64,000 bases of DNA from an uncultured Candidatus Saccharibacteria bacterium (GCA_964562615.1 CAZLUD010000001.1:327628-391627); one strand, 5' to 3'; shown: positions 43,375 to 53,468, counted from the stretch's first letter. Made by a program: numbers and translations. The notes: generated by a model from the sequence alone, not told the origin.

Positions 43375-43815
43375 GTGTTTAAGGCACTACTGAGGAGTGT
43401 GTTGCTCCTTGCTTTTCTTGGGAGCCCCATTTATGGGGCTGAATACAGCAAAAAACCAATTGTAGTGGACGCACTGGGGGGGAGGATGTTAGGGGTTAAT
43501 GCCCTAACACAAAACGACAACTACATTTGGTATGGGAAAGACGAAGAAGTTCGGGATGTGACGATGAAAGTCATCTGCACTCTCGAACAGGCGAACACCG
43601 AATTTGTGGTTCTTGTCGATCCACAAACTAACAGTGCGGTTGAGGTGCGAGGGCATCACTTCATCTATCTCAAGTATTTTAGGGTGGACGGCATATCCAC
43701 CCACAAGTGCGACAAACGAGTCGTCGCGATCGAGAAGGGTACCTTAAAGAGTATCCTTCAGATAAACGAAGAAAAGCTGCAAATCAGGCAGGTGGCAGTT
43801 GTAGCTACAAACTAA
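43375..43815 (+). CDS. Small secreted protein (146 aa).
   Basis: Signal-like N-terminus. Confidence 0.3.
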   Translation: MFKALLRSVLLLAFLGSPIYGAEYSKKPIVVDALGGRMLGVNALTQNDNYIWYGKDEEVRDVTMKVICTLEQANTEFVVLVDPQTNSAVEVRGHHFIYLKYFRVDGISTHKCDKRVVAIEKGTLKSILQINEEKLQIRQVAVVATN

Positions 43816-45237
43816 ATGGGAGGTATCCTCAATGAGGATAACCGGAGGCAGAAGGAGCGCATCGAGATGAAATACGATGCGCTTTTTCAATTATGCCATT
43901 TGGCATACGTTGATAATTACAAACACCCGCACCCTCCACGCGTTAGTAAATCCATGAGATACTACAGCTACATGGAGGATCTAAAAAAGAAACTTGCCGA
44001 AAATTGGAAGCAACTAGTACTACTCATCATAGTAGTGCTTATACTCATTGCGGTTGCAATGTTTATGTTTTTACGAAGTGACACTAACTCCACCAACACA
44101 ACAGAGACTGGGGTATTTCCACAAGCGGGGGATAGGGGGATTGGCTTTCCTAACACCAACGAGCAAGGCGGTATAAGCAATACACCCGCAACAACCACAA
44201 ACGAGATTCCGCTATTAAGACAATTGTGGAGTAAGCCTGTTTCTGGGGCTGGGTATTTTCGAAGCAATGAAGAGACTCTTGCGGTGCGCTTTGTTGAAAG
44301 AGCTAGCGGCCATATATATGACATACCTACAGATAGCCTTACCGCTACCAAAATACTCAATATTACTATCCCTCGTATTCAACACGCATTCTTTTTTAAT
44401 AACGGAGGAAATCTAATTCTTCAATATCTTAGCGATCTGCATACCAGCATCGAAACCTATAGCGCCACCCTTATACCCGTCTTGGATGATGGAGAAAACG
44501 CTTATTCGCTTGATGGGACATTCTTACCCGCTGACATTACGGCAATAACCCCATCACCGGATGGCAAATCGCTTTCATTTATTCAAAAGAACGAAACCGG
44601 TTCAACACTATATAAGTCGTCACTTGATGCGGGAAGCGCGGTTGAGTTGTTTAGAAGTCCTTTTAAGAGTTGGCGATTAGAGTGGGCAAGTCCAAGTAGG
44701 GTAGTGCTTACCTCTGCACCTCATCCAGGCGCAATTGGTTCCACTTTTGCTATTGCAACAGAAGATGGGGCACTCAAAAGTTTGGTCACCTCTAAGAATG
44801 GTTCATTTACCGCATCAAGTAATGACAACCTTACCTATACTGTTTTCTCTGAAGAGATTGATAAAGTGGTGAGATTGTATGCCTATGACTACGCAAAAAA
44901 GGAGCGCAAGAATCTTAATTTGAGTACATTTATGGATAAATGTGTGTGGAGTAATGTCTCCAACACCACCCTATACTGTTTTGTGCCTAATCAGCTTGTC
45001 ATACCTGGAAACATCTTGGCGTGGAACCAAGGTGGAGGTAATTTTGCTGACAACATGTGGAAGATTGATGTCAGCACTGGAGAAGCCGTACTCCTATACC
45101 AAATTGATAAAGAGTTTAGCAAGTACCTCGATGTAATAAAGCCTGTACTTGCCGATGATGATTCAAGTATTACCTTTATAGACAAAAACGACCTCACACC
45201 GTGGCTCCTTTTATTTAGTACCTCAAAAGGAGAGTAG
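43816..45237 (+). CDS. Membrane-anchored protein with a large extracytoplasmic domain (possibly beta-propeller-like). The real start is probably an internal Met near MRYYSYMEDLKKK.
   Basis: Single transmembrane helix (LVLLIIVVLILIAVAMFMFL), then ~400 aa of Ser/Thr-rich beta-type sequence. Confidence 0.35.
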   Translation: MGGILNEDNRRQKERIEMKYDALFQLCHLAYVDNYKHPHPPRVSKSMRYYSYMEDLKKKLAENWKQLVLLIIVVLILIAVAMFMFLRSDTNSTNTTETGVFPQAGDRGIGFPNTNEQGGISNTPATTTNEIPLLRQLWSKPVSGAGYFRSNEETLAVRFVERASGHIYDIPTDSLTATKILNITIPRIQHAFFFNNGGNLILQYLSDLHTSIETYSATLIPVLDDGENAYSLDGTFLPADITAITPSPDGKSLSFIQKNETGSTLYKSSLDAGSAVELFRSPFKSWRLEWASPSRVVLTSAPHPGAIGSTFAIATEDGALKSLVTSKNGSFTASSNDNLTYTVFSEEIDKVVRLYAYDYAKKERKNLNLSTFMDKCVWSNVSNTTLYCFVPNQLVIPGNILAWNQGGGNFADNMWKIDVSTGEAVLLYQIDKEFSKYLDVIKPVLADDDSSITFIDKNDLTPWLLLFSTSKGE

Positions 45238-45261
45238 GGTACCGAGTACGTATACAAGTTA

Positions 45262-45756
45262 TTACACCAGCTCCGCGTCTCCTGTAGGAATAAAGCCGGC
45301 GTTTCGTGGTGTGATAACAATATGTCGATCTCTTCCTTCTCCACGAGATTCGGTTTTTATATCCTTATCTTCAGAAAAGAGGGCGTGTATTATCATGCGT
45401 TCATATGAGCTCATTGGTTGAAGGGGTACTTCTGCTTTTAACGAACGTACTCGCTCTGCGAGCATTTTTACTGTACTGACAAGGGTATCAATCTTATTCT
45501 TTTGGAAGTTGTTCACATCAAGCATGAAATGCCTTCCTTCTTCGCCATATTTCTTCTCTGTTATCCTTTTTACAATATGCGTTAGCGCTTGCAGTGTCTC
45601 ACCGCGCTCACCAACAAGTACTTGATTAGGAGAAGTGACCATCACAGAAGGGTGTATATCTGACGCCTCAACTACCACACTCTCATACTCTGCCCCCATG
45701 GCGGCAAGTACCTCTTCTACTATTGTTTTAAGTTCTTGGGGATTCATACTAGGCAT
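45262..45756 (-). CDS. Jag/KhpB-type RNA-binding protein (KH plus R3H domains).
   Basis: C-terminal R3H-like region (ERMIIHALFSED...ESRGEG). Conserved position after yidC. Confidence 0.65.
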   Translation of the reverse strand: MPSMNPQELKTIVEEVLAAMGAEYESVVVEASDIHPSVMVTSPNQVLVGERGETLQALTHIVKRITEKKYGEEGRHFMLDVNNFQKNKIDTLVSTVKMLAERVRSLKAEVPLQPMSSYERMIIHALFSEDKDIKTESRGEGRDRHIVITPRNAGFIPTGDAELV

Positions 45757-46471
45757 CGTTCTTTATATGCTTCTTTACATACATCTCTTGGAAAATTTGG
45801 AACACATTACTTGTTATCCAGTACAACGCAACCGCAGCAGGAAGTGCGTATGAAATACCAGTAATAATAAGAGGGAAGACATACTTCATTTGAAGCTGAA
45901 AACTTCGTTGAAAATCATCACTAAATGAAGCGTTATCTTTTCGCTTTGTGATTTCAGGCATCACAATATGCATTTGTATGTATTGGGTGATACCGGTAAG
46001 GAGCGCAAGGAATATATTTCTCTCAGCAACATTAATAAGCCCCAAGAAATTCATATCGATTGTAGCTGGAGTTGGTATAAAGCTATACAGAATGTCAGTG
46101 TTAATACTTGGTAGTCCTCCGCTTGAGAAAACCCAAAAAAGCCCAAGAATGATAGGTATCTGAACAAGAAGAGGGATAAACAATGAAAATGGGCTTATGT
46201 TGTACTCTCGGTAGAGCTCCATTGTTTTAAGGGCAAGTGCTTGCTTATCTTCTTTGTATTGCTCTTTTAGCGCCTCCAGCTTTGGTTGCATGAGACGAAT
46301 TATTTGTTGAGTTTTGGCCGCTTTAAGGGAGATAGGGAAGAGGAGAAACTTTACCGCTAGAGTAAGTACAATAACCGCAATACCAAGCTCTGCGTACGGC
46401 ACCACAGAAACGATTCCCACAAGGGCGTTATATAAAGGGTTATATACTACCGCATTAAATATGTCTGCCAT
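45749..46471 (-). CDS. yidC: Membrane protein insertase YidC (short form).
   Basis: 240 aa polytopic protein in the rnpA-yidC-jag context. Motif PLLVQIPIILGLFWVF. Confidence 0.75.
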   Translation of the reverse strand: MADIFNAVVYNPLYNALVGIVSVVPYAELGIAVIVLTLAVKFLLFPISLKAAKTQQIIRLMQPKLEALKEQYKEDKQALALKTMELYREYNISPFSLFIPLLVQIPIILGLFWVFSSGGLPSINTDILYSFIPTPATIDMNFLGLINVAERNIFLALLTGITQYIQMHIVMPEITKRKDNASFSDDFQRSFQLQMKYVFPLIITGISYALPAAVALYWITSNVFQIFQEMYVKKHIKNDA

Positions 46472-46534
46472 TATCCAGCTATTCTAGCTGAATAATGGTA
46501 CTAAATCTACTTGCGCTAATGAGAAAAAGTGCCG

Positions 46535-46867
46535 TTATGCGTGATGTCTATTTATTGACTTACTAACCATACTATCAATCTCTGCTTTAATCTGCTTTTG
46601 CTTTGCCTTGAGTATTCCTTTGTTTGGAAAAACCACATATGATCCCTTGGGTATAGTGTGTAGAATATCCTTAAAAAGACTATATATTCTGCGCTTTATT
46701 ACATGGCGCTCATGTGCCATAGACAATGTTTTTTTAGAAATAACCACAGACATCTTGGTGAGGGTGCCTTTATAGACGCGTATAGTAAGCAAATCACCTC
46801 TATGCGTAGTAGGTGACGATCCCTTCGGGAATTCTTCTCGAGATAGTCTCGAGACAGCTCTTAGCAT
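46535..46867 (-). CDS. rnpA: Ribonuclease P protein component.
   Basis: 110 aa basic protein; RNR-like motif region (KKTLSMAHERHVIKRRIYSLF). Position between rpmH and yidC. Confidence 0.75.
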   Translation of the reverse strand: MLRAVSRLSREEFPKGSSPTTHRGDLLTIRVYKGTLTKMSVVISKKTLSMAHERHVIKRRIYSLFKDILHTIPKGSYVVFPNKGILKAKQKQIKAEIDSMVSKSINRHHA

Positions 46868-46876
46868 GAAATGGTA

Positions 46877-47014
46877 TTAAACCGCTAATCTAGCTCTGCC
46901 CTTCATTCTTCTTCGCTTGAGCACTCTGGTGCCTGTTTTGGTCCTGGATCTAACTAAAAATCCGTGAGTGGTCTTTCTTTTTTTGTTTTTTGGTTGGTAG
47001 GTTCTCTTTGGCAT
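46877..47014 (-). CDS. rpmH: 50S ribosomal protein L34 ([45 protein letters not shown]). It is not in the ORF track because it is shorter than 60 aa.
   Basis: Manual translation of the minus strand. The L34 signature is nearly invariant. Start ATG at 47014; stop TAA at 46877-46879. Confidence 0.9.
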   Translation of the reverse strand: MPKRTYQPKNKKRKTTHGFLVRSRTKTGTRVLKRRRMKGRARLAV

Positions 47015-47070
47015 ATAAACATCTTATACACATCTTATTAACATAATTACTCATAAATCGCAAGTTTTTA

Positions 47071-48453
47071 TTGCATGAAGAGACAGCTATAATAGGGGAC
47101 ATGCACACTCAAAACAATAGAGAGCTCTGGCAAAATATCCTTACTGAAATAGAGCTGACTATTCCCGGACCACATTTTAAGACATGGTTTAAAGATACCT
47201 CAATAGTAAAAATAGAAGACGGCGTAGCAACCATTGGTGTTCCTACAGAAGTTGCAAGAGAGTGGCTTCAAAAGAAGCATAGTAAGTTACTTCTTAAATC
47301 ACTACGAAGCCATCTTGATTCTGCTCGGTCTCTTGAGTTTATCGTACATAAATCAAACAAGCTCAAGCAACAAGCACCTACATCACGTAGTCCATTTTTT
47401 GCCCAAGAGTTGCCGCTCGGTGAGCATTACGTAAACAGAAGTGATAACCTCAATCCAAAATACGTATTTGAAACCTTTGTGGTTGGACCATTTAACGAAA
47501 TCGCCTTTTCTGCAGCACAGGGTGTGGTAAAAGAGCCTGGAATTACCTACAACCCATTGTTTATATATGGAAATACTGGATACGGTAAAACACACCTCAT
47601 CCAAGCTATTGGTAATCAAATAAAAAAGCAGAGCCCGAACAGAAAAGTATTCTATGTCACGAGTGAAAAATTCACTATGGATTTTGTAAACGCTCTTCAA
47701 AGCAACTCCGTTAATGCATTCAAAGAAAAGTATCGTCAATATGATGTACTTATCATGGATGATATTCAGTTTTTTGCTCAAAAAGAAAAAACACAGGAAG
47801 AGCTCTTTCACTTGTTTAACTCACTTTATCAAAACAATAAGCAGATAATCTTCTCTTGCGACAAGCACCCAAACTATATTCAGGATCTGGAAGATAGATT
47901 GAAGTCTCGATTTGCACAGGGAATGATTATTGATATATCAGAGCCAGATAGCGAGTCGCGTATCGCCATCCTTAAAACCAAGGCAGCACAACACAATTTT
48001 CACATAGAAGACTCCATGCTTACCTTTATTGCGTCACTTGTAGACGGCAACATACGAGACCTCGAGGGTATGCTTAATGCTGTTATTTGCCAAACACAAC
48101 TACGTGGTAGAGCGCTTAATCCCGGAGAAATAAAACATCTTATCAAGGATAGTTCGAGACCAAAAAGAGCCATCTCTCCAAAGGAGATAGTAAAGCGAGT
48201 AGCGGAGTTTTATGATCTTGAAGAAAATGCTATTTATGAAAAGACAAGAAAGAAGGAAGTAGTTCGTCCTCGACAACTCATTATGTACATCCTGAGAGAG
48301 GATTATAACGTGTCATATCCACTTATCGGTGAAAAGTTAGGAGGGAGAGATCACACCACTGTTATTCACTCATGTGAAAAAATCAAAAAAGATATTCAAC
48401 ATAACAGCGTATTACAACAAGAATTGCAGCATATACGCATGATGTTGAAATAG
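47071..48453 (+). CDS. dnaA: Chromosomal replication initiator DnaA.
   Basis: AAA+ Walker A (GNTGYGKTHL), sensor regions, C-terminal DNA-binding domain (QLIMYILRE...GGRDHTTVIHSCEKI). Confidence 0.9.
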   Translation: MHEETAIIGDMHTQNNRELWQNILTEIELTIPGPHFKTWFKDTSIVKIEDGVATIGVPTEVAREWLQKKHSKLLLKSLRSHLDSARSLEFIVHKSNKLKQQAPTSRSPFFAQELPLGEHYVNRSDNLNPKYVFETFVVGPFNEIAFSAAQGVVKEPGITYNPLFIYGNTGYGKTHLIQAIGNQIKKQSPNRKVFYVTSEKFTMDFVNALQSNSVNAFKEKYRQYDVLIMDDIQFFAQKEKTQEELFHLFNSLYQNNKQIIFSCDKHPNYIQDLEDRLKSRFAQGMIIDISEPDSESRIAILKTKAAQHNFHIEDSMLTFIASLVDGNIRDLEGMLNAVICQTQLRGRALNPGEIKHLIKDSSRPKRAISPKEIVKRVAEFYDLEENAIYEKTRKKEVVRPRQLIMYILREDYNVSYPLIGEKLGGRDHTTVIHSCEKIKKDIQHNSVLQQELQHIRMMLK

Positions 48454-48689
48454 TGTGGATATATATGTGGATAACAAATGAACAGTACTGTGGAAAAGAG
48501 ATGAATGAGAAAGGTGATAACTCGAGGACAACACAACTAGTACATTTCAAAAATAGGTATACGAGCCGTATGAACACTTATACACAAACATCTATGCATA
48601 AATACCTACCTGTGTAGCTATGGTTAGAAGTTATCCACGTATCCACACCCCTAATAATAAAACTATCTTTATAAGCAAAAAAACTCACT
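48454..48689. promoter_or_regulatory. Probable oriC. The DnaA-box cluster lies between dnaA and dnaN: TGTGGATAT (48455-48463), a perfect TGTGGATAA (48467-48475), TTATCCACG (48631-48639) and TATCCACAC (48640-48648). A further near-consensus box, TTATACACA, sits at 47024-47032 upstream of dnaA.
   Basis: 9-mer matches to TTATCCACA or its complement seen directly. AT-rich spacer. Classic dnaA-dnaN intergenic origin. Confidence 0.65.
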
Positions 48690-49790
48690 ATGAACTTCAC
48701 TACACCTACTGCAACGCTACTCACCATAAGCTCAATAGTTGAAAAGGTAAGTGGGAGAAATCTAACACTCGCTAATCTCAATGGGGTGTATGTTGAAGCG
48801 AGTAAGGGGCAGGTCATTCTTAGAGCAACAAACCTGGACGTTGCGGTAGAGATAAAAGTACCTGCAAAGGTGGAAGAAGACGGTGTGGCTTCAATACCGG
48901 GGAGTATGCTCTCTCAGATACTCTCAAACAGCTATAAAGGCGATAGCGTGAGCGTAGTGCGCAAAGACGGTACATTGTCCATAAAAACAGGGGACGGCCT
49001 CTCTACCATCAAAATATTGCCTGATGAGGACTTTCCAACACTCCCAAGTGTTGTTGATGGTAATAAGATAACCTTAAAGGCTAAAGATTTTATTGATGGC
49101 ATTGCTAATGTCTGGCACTGCGCATCTACGTCAACAATTAAACCGGAGCTAGCAAGTGTGTACGTATATCCTGACGGGAAGAATCTTATTTTTGTCGCAA
49201 CAGACTCATTTAGATTGGCAGAAAAGAAGGTAGCAGCACAATTTACCGGAGAGTTTGACTACATGCTCATTCCCTCAAGAAACATTCCGGAGATTATTAA
49301 GGTACTTGAGATTGCTGAAGGAGAAGTCGAACTTACCTTTAATGATCATCAGCTTTCATTTACCTTTGACTCGGTACACCTTACTACGCGTCTTACTGAC
49401 GGGGTATTCCCTGACTACAGACAAATTATTCCAAAGCAACGTGTTGCCGAAGTAACGGTACTTACTAAGGATTTGCAACAAGCATGCAAAAGAACCAGCA
49501 TGTTCTCTGATAAGTTTAATCAAGTGCAGTTTTCGATACAACCATCAAAAAAGATATGTAGAGTTATTGCTAAAAACCCAGATGTTGGCGAGTCAGTAAC
49601 TGATCTTGATGCAGTTATAGAAGGGGAGGAGCTTGATATCTCGTTTAATGTTAAGTACATCAGTGAAGTGTTTCAGGCACTACAAGCGGATAGTGTCTCG
49701 CTCTCATTTTCAGGAACCGCAAAACCTTTAGTTATTAAAGGGGTGAGTAATGCATCATTCCTTTACTTAGTGATGCCAATGAACAGATAA
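48690..49790 (+). CDS. dnaN: DNA polymerase III beta sliding clamp.
   Basis: 366 aa, three-domain length. Position after dnaA. Confidence 0.8.
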   Translation: MNFTTPTATLLTISSIVEKVSGRNLTLANLNGVYVEASKGQVILRATNLDVAVEIKVPAKVEEDGVASIPGSMLSQILSNSYKGDSVSVVRKDGTLSIKTGDGLSTIKILPDEDFPTLPSVVDGNKITLKAKDFIDGIANVWHCASTSTIKPELASVYVYPDGKNLIFVATDSFRLAEKKVAAQFTGEFDYMLIPSRNIPEIIKVLEIAEGEVELTFNDHQLSFTFDSVHLTTRLTDGVFPDYRQIIPKQRVAEVTVLTKDLQQACKRTSMFSDKFNQVQFSIQPSKKICRVIAKNPDVGESVTDLDAVIEGEELDISFNVKYISEVFQALQADSVSLSFSGTAKPLVIKGVSNASFLYLVMPMNR

Positions 49791-49804
49791 TTACTCCACG
49801 GTAT

Positions 49805-50068
49805 ATGGCCTTTGAAGGTATCCGCAGCTATTTTGATAAATTCACCACGCTACGCCCCCCGCAGCGGTTTATCGGCGGTATGGTTATTGATGCGTGTTAT
49901 GCAATCTGTGGTATCACGCTCAAAGAGCACGAGGTAGTGGTTCGCGATTCTGTAGTGTACATCACTACTAATCCAATGATAAAGAATGAAATTTTAGAGA
50001 GGCGATCAGAAATACTTTCTCGGGTATGTGAGAGAGCGCGAACGAGGGTGATTACTGAGATACGCTAA
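49805..50068 (+). CDS. DUF721/DciA-like small protein, commonly encoded after dnaN(-recF).
   Basis: Size (87 aa), position, and pattern FIGGMVIDACYAICGITLKEHEVVVRDSVVYI. Confidence 0.4.
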   Translation: MAFEGIRSYFDKFTTLRPPQRFIGGMVIDACYAICGITLKEHEVVVRDSVVYITTNPMIKNEILERRSEILSRVCERARTRVITEIR

Positions 50069-52532
50069 AGATAGTAGATATCTCGTTTTTATTTCGTACC
50101 ACATCATACACTATCATCTTAAGTGTGTTTGATTCTGTAATGGTTGGTTGTGATGCAGGAGTAAACATAAATTGGAACGGTTCTTTTGTGGCAGTGCCAA
50201 TGTGTACGTTGTTTACATAAAACTCTACTTCACTAATTGGAAATTTACCTTTAACTTGTGGGATAAGAAGCATACTCTCGTTCTTATTGAATGTTTGACC
50301 ATACGCAGGGGAAATAATACTTATGGTAGGGATATTTTCTCTCGTATGTATGGTGTCTACTGCGGTAGGAGGTGTAAAGATGGTCTCATCAGTAAGTCCA
50401 AGTGCTGACTTGTAGCGCTGAACTCCCGCCTCCCAGAATGGGTACTGTGGGTCGTTTGCTGGATTTGAAGGGAATGGGCCAAGTGGATCACTCTTGTTTA
50501 CCCAATGTAATATTGTATGGATATTAATTATCATATGCTCTTTTACAAGCTCTTGTGGTGTGTATTCTGTTGCTAAATTACCAGTAAGTGAATCAACAAG
50601 ATATGATTCGCCACCTTGCCATTTGCCTCGTAATACTGGTTTTATTTCTGTAGAAATAGGTGGAGGAGTAGGGAATGTTTCTTGTGGATACTTTTGTAGC
50701 GCGTAGGTAAAAAATTCATTCCACATAGGTGCAATGATGAATCCTGCCACCTTCTTTTCCATGGGGGTATTGTCATTGTTTCCTGCCCATGCACCTGCTG
50801 CAAATGAAGGGGTGTATCCTATTATCCATGCATCACGGTACTCATTAGTGGTACCGGTTTTAACCGCCACCTGTCTGTTAGGGAAGTATAAAGCTGAGGT
50901 GGCGCCGAATGCGGGAGCTCTTGCGACATTATCAGAAAGCATATCAGAAATAGTATGTGTTACTGGAGCCTCCAATACCCTTGTTGCTTTCGGGGTGAAT
51001 TCCTCTACCAGCGCGCCGGTAGAATCCTCTATTTTAATGATACCAGTGTACGGGTTTCTGATTCCATCGTTTGCAAAGACTCCATAGGCGCTAGTCATAT
51101 CAAGTAGTGATACTTCTCCACCTCCAAGTACTAACGTAAGCCCGTATCGTGATATATCACCAAGTGACTCTACGCCCATACCTTGAGCAAGTTTTAGCGT
51201 GTCTTTAATACCAGCAAGGTACAATACTTTAATAGCGGGTATGTTCATTGATTGAGCAAGCGCCTCACGGAAGGTGACCGGGCCTCTGAATTTACCGTCA
51301 TAGTTTGTTGGGGCATAGCAATCACCTCCATTTGTTAAATCATATGGACTACAAGAGGTAGAGAATTGCGTCGCAACGTCAAACACTACGGTGTTTGCGG
51401 TGTAGCCTTTTCTGAGTGCTTCTGCATACGCAAATGGTTTAAAGGCAGAACCAGGTTGTCGGTGGGCGAGTGCAACGTTAAAGTTGCCATCTATTTCTTC
51501 ATCAAAATAATCACGTGACCCTACCATAGTAAGGATTTGTCCTGTCTTAGGATCAACAGCAACCAATGATGCGTTAGATGCATTAAAACTTTTTGCATTT
51601 TCTAACGCATATTTTTTTACAGTCTCCTCTGCTTTAGCCTGAAGGTCGTAGTCGAGTGAGGTGATAACCCTGAACCCTCTCTCTTCTAGCGCTCGCTGAC
51701 CATACTTATTTTCTAAGTATTCTCGTATAAAGAATACAAAGTGAGGCGCGAGAATACCCTTATCTCTAGATGGTTTAAATTCAACAGTGGTAGATTTTGC
51801 GCCTTCATACTCTTCTTCTGTAATAAAGCCATTCTCAAGCATTTTGCTCAAAACTAGATTCTTTCTTGATTCTAGCTTTTCTCTATTGTTGCCATATGGA
51901 GAATAGTAGGTTGGTGCTTGGGGAAGTGCTGCAAGGTACGCAGACTCAACCAATGTTAGGTCGGTAGCTGATTTACCAAAAAATTGCTCACTTGCTTCTT
52001 CGATACCATATATATTTCCTCCATATGGTGATTCGTTTAGGTAGAATTCGAGAATCTTCTCTTTTGAATACTCACGCTCAAGTTTTATAGCAAGCACCCA
52101 CTCTTTAAGCTTTCGAGAAATTGATTTTTCTTGGCTAAGAACACTATTTTTAATTACCTGCTGGGTAATAGTAGAGCCACCTTGTGAATACTCAAGGGTA
52201 GTAAGGTTAACCAAAATCGCCCGCAAAATAGCATCTGGTTTTATTCCACCGTGTTCATAAAACTCGGCATCTTCAATTGCAACAGTGGCGTTTTTGATGT
52301 GGTGGGCAATTGAGTCAAATGGTACTACCGTGCGTTGTACCTCGTTGTGGAGCTCGTAAAGAAGTATCTCACCAGTGCGGTCATAAATTTTTGTTGATTG
52401 CGCCACCTTTCGTGTATCAAATGATCCTAGATCAGGTGTCTTAAGTGATGCTACCCACAATACTGATATGCCAGAGATAAAGAATCCCCCAATAACACAG
52501 TATATAAATATTTTCCACGCTAATTCACGCAT
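50052..52532 (-). CDS. Class A penicillin-binding protein (PBP1A-type, bifunctional glycosyltransferase/transpeptidase).
   Basis: GT51 motifs (IEDAEFYEHGGI, ITQQVIKN); transpeptidase SxxK (GSAFKPF), SxN, KTGT (VAVKTGTTN). N-terminal transmembrane anchor. Confidence 0.85.
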   Translation of the reverse strand: MRELAWKIFIYCVIGGFFISGISVLWVASLKTPDLGSFDTRKVAQSTKIYDRTGEILLYELHNEVQRTVVPFDSIAHHIKNATVAIEDAEFYEHGGIKPDAILRAILVNLTTLEYSQGGSTITQQVIKNSVLSQEKSISRKLKEWVLAIKLEREYSKEKILEFYLNESPYGGNIYGIEEASEQFFGKSATDLTLVESAYLAALPQAPTYYSPYGNNREKLESRKNLVLSKMLENGFITEEEYEGAKSTTVEFKPSRDKGILAPHFVFFIREYLENKYGQRALEERGFRVITSLDYDLQAKAEETVKKYALENAKSFNASNASLVAVDPKTGQILTMVGSRDYFDEEIDGNFNVALAHRQPGSAFKPFAYAEALRKGYTANTVVFDVATQFSTSCSPYDLTNGGDCYAPTNYDGKFRGPVTFREALAQSMNIPAIKVLYLAGIKDTLKLAQGMGVESLGDISRYGLTLVLGGGEVSLLDMTSAYGVFANDGIRNPYTGIIKIEDSTGALVEEFTPKATRVLEAPVTHTISDMLSDNVARAPAFGATSALYFPNRQVAVKTGTTNEYRDAWIIGYTPSFAAGAWAGNNDNTPMEKKVAGFIIAPMWNEFFTYALQKYPQETFPTPPPISTEIKPVLRGKWQGGESYLVDSLTGNLATEYTPQELVKEHMIINIHTILHWVNKSDPLGPFPSNPANDPQYPFWEAGVQRYKSALGLTDETIFTPPTAVDTIHTRENIPTISIISPAYGQTFNKNESMLLIPQVKGKFPISEVEFYVNNVHIGTATKEPFQFMFTPASQPTITESNTLKMIVYDVVRNKNEISTIFSVSQ

Positions 52533-52606
52533 AATGAGTATAGTAATAGTAGCATGTACCCTCTGTAGTACTTAACAGAAGACCATGAACAGCAGCAGCA
52601 TGAGCC

Positions 52607-52645
52607 AAAATAGAAATGCGATTCATATGAATCGCATTTCTATTT
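52607..52645. terminator. Perfect 18-bp palindrome AAATAGAAATGCGATTCA-ta-TGAATCGCATTTCTATTT. It is probably the terminator downstream of the minus-strand gene at 52657-52869 and upstream of the PBP1A gene.
   Basis: Seen directly. Confidence 0.55.
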
Positions 52646-52656
52646 GATCATACTCA

Positions 52657-52869
52657 CTAAAACGCCTCTTCATCATCAACCATTCCAAAAACATCATCCT
52701 CGTCCTCTTCTTCATCTGCGGCGTCCTCTACGTCCTCAATTCCATCTTCGATACCTTCTAGATCTACCGCATCGTCTTCTGGAAGCTCTATCTCTTTCTC
52801 GTCATCTACCTCTTCTTCCTCGGTGGAAAAAAACGACCACCAAGGTAAATCATATGCATCAGCAAACAT
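52657..52869 (-). CDS. Small, extremely acidic protein (70 aa, mostly Asp/Glu).
   Basis: ORF with a downstream palindromic terminator. Composition only. Confidence 0.3.
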   Translation of the reverse strand: MFADAYDLPWWSFFSTEEEEVDDEKEIELPEDDAVDLEGIEDGIEDVEDAADEEEDEDDVFGMVDDEEAF

Positions 52870-52985
52870 GGTCTATACCGCGTACATTACTAGTAAAATA
52901 TTTTCCTATGACTTCGTCACAGTTGTATCAAAACCTCACCTTTTTTCAATACCCCCCTATGGGGAAAAGTAAGACTCGCAGTACC

Positions 52986-53465
52986 TTAGCGTTTCTCTCT
53001 GTAATATGCAAGGGAAGTAATACCAATTGCAATGGCGTCATATTCGTCATCAAGCATATCGGTACGTGGTAGTGATACTAATTTAGGAAGTAGGCGCATC
53101 ATACTACGCTTGTCTGAGCGACCTTCTCCCGTAATTGCGATTTTTACTTCTTGTGGTGAGTACTCTTCAATTATTAAATTATGACTTTTTGCAATATGAA
53201 GTAGCATGCCTCGAACCTCAGCAACTTTCATTGCTGTCTTTTGATTCTTTTGAAAGAAAAGTTTTTCCATAGCGCAATGGGTGGGAGTGTGCGTGTTGAT
53301 GAATGATTCAACCGCACTCGCAAGTATGGCAAGACGAGTAGGAAAATCGTCTTCTTTATTTGTCCGTACTGTGGTGGAAAAAAGGACTACATCCTTTCCA
53401 GAGTTTTTTTCTAGCAAGGCAACACCAAGTCGTTCGTACCCAGGATCAAAGGCGATGACTCGCAT
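52986..53465 (-). CDS. ruvC: Holliday junction resolvase RuvC.
   Basis: N-terminus MRVIAFDPGYERLGVALLE (catalytic Asp). 159 aa. Confidence 0.8.
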   Translation of the reverse strand: MRVIAFDPGYERLGVALLEKNSGKDVVLFSTTVRTNKEDDFPTRLAILASAVESFINTHTPTHCAMEKLFFQKNQKTAMKVAEVRGMLLHIAKSHNLIIEEYSPQEVKIAITGEGRSDKRSMMRLLPKLVSLPRTDMLDDEYDAIAIGITSLAYYREKR

Positions 53466-53468
53466 ATA

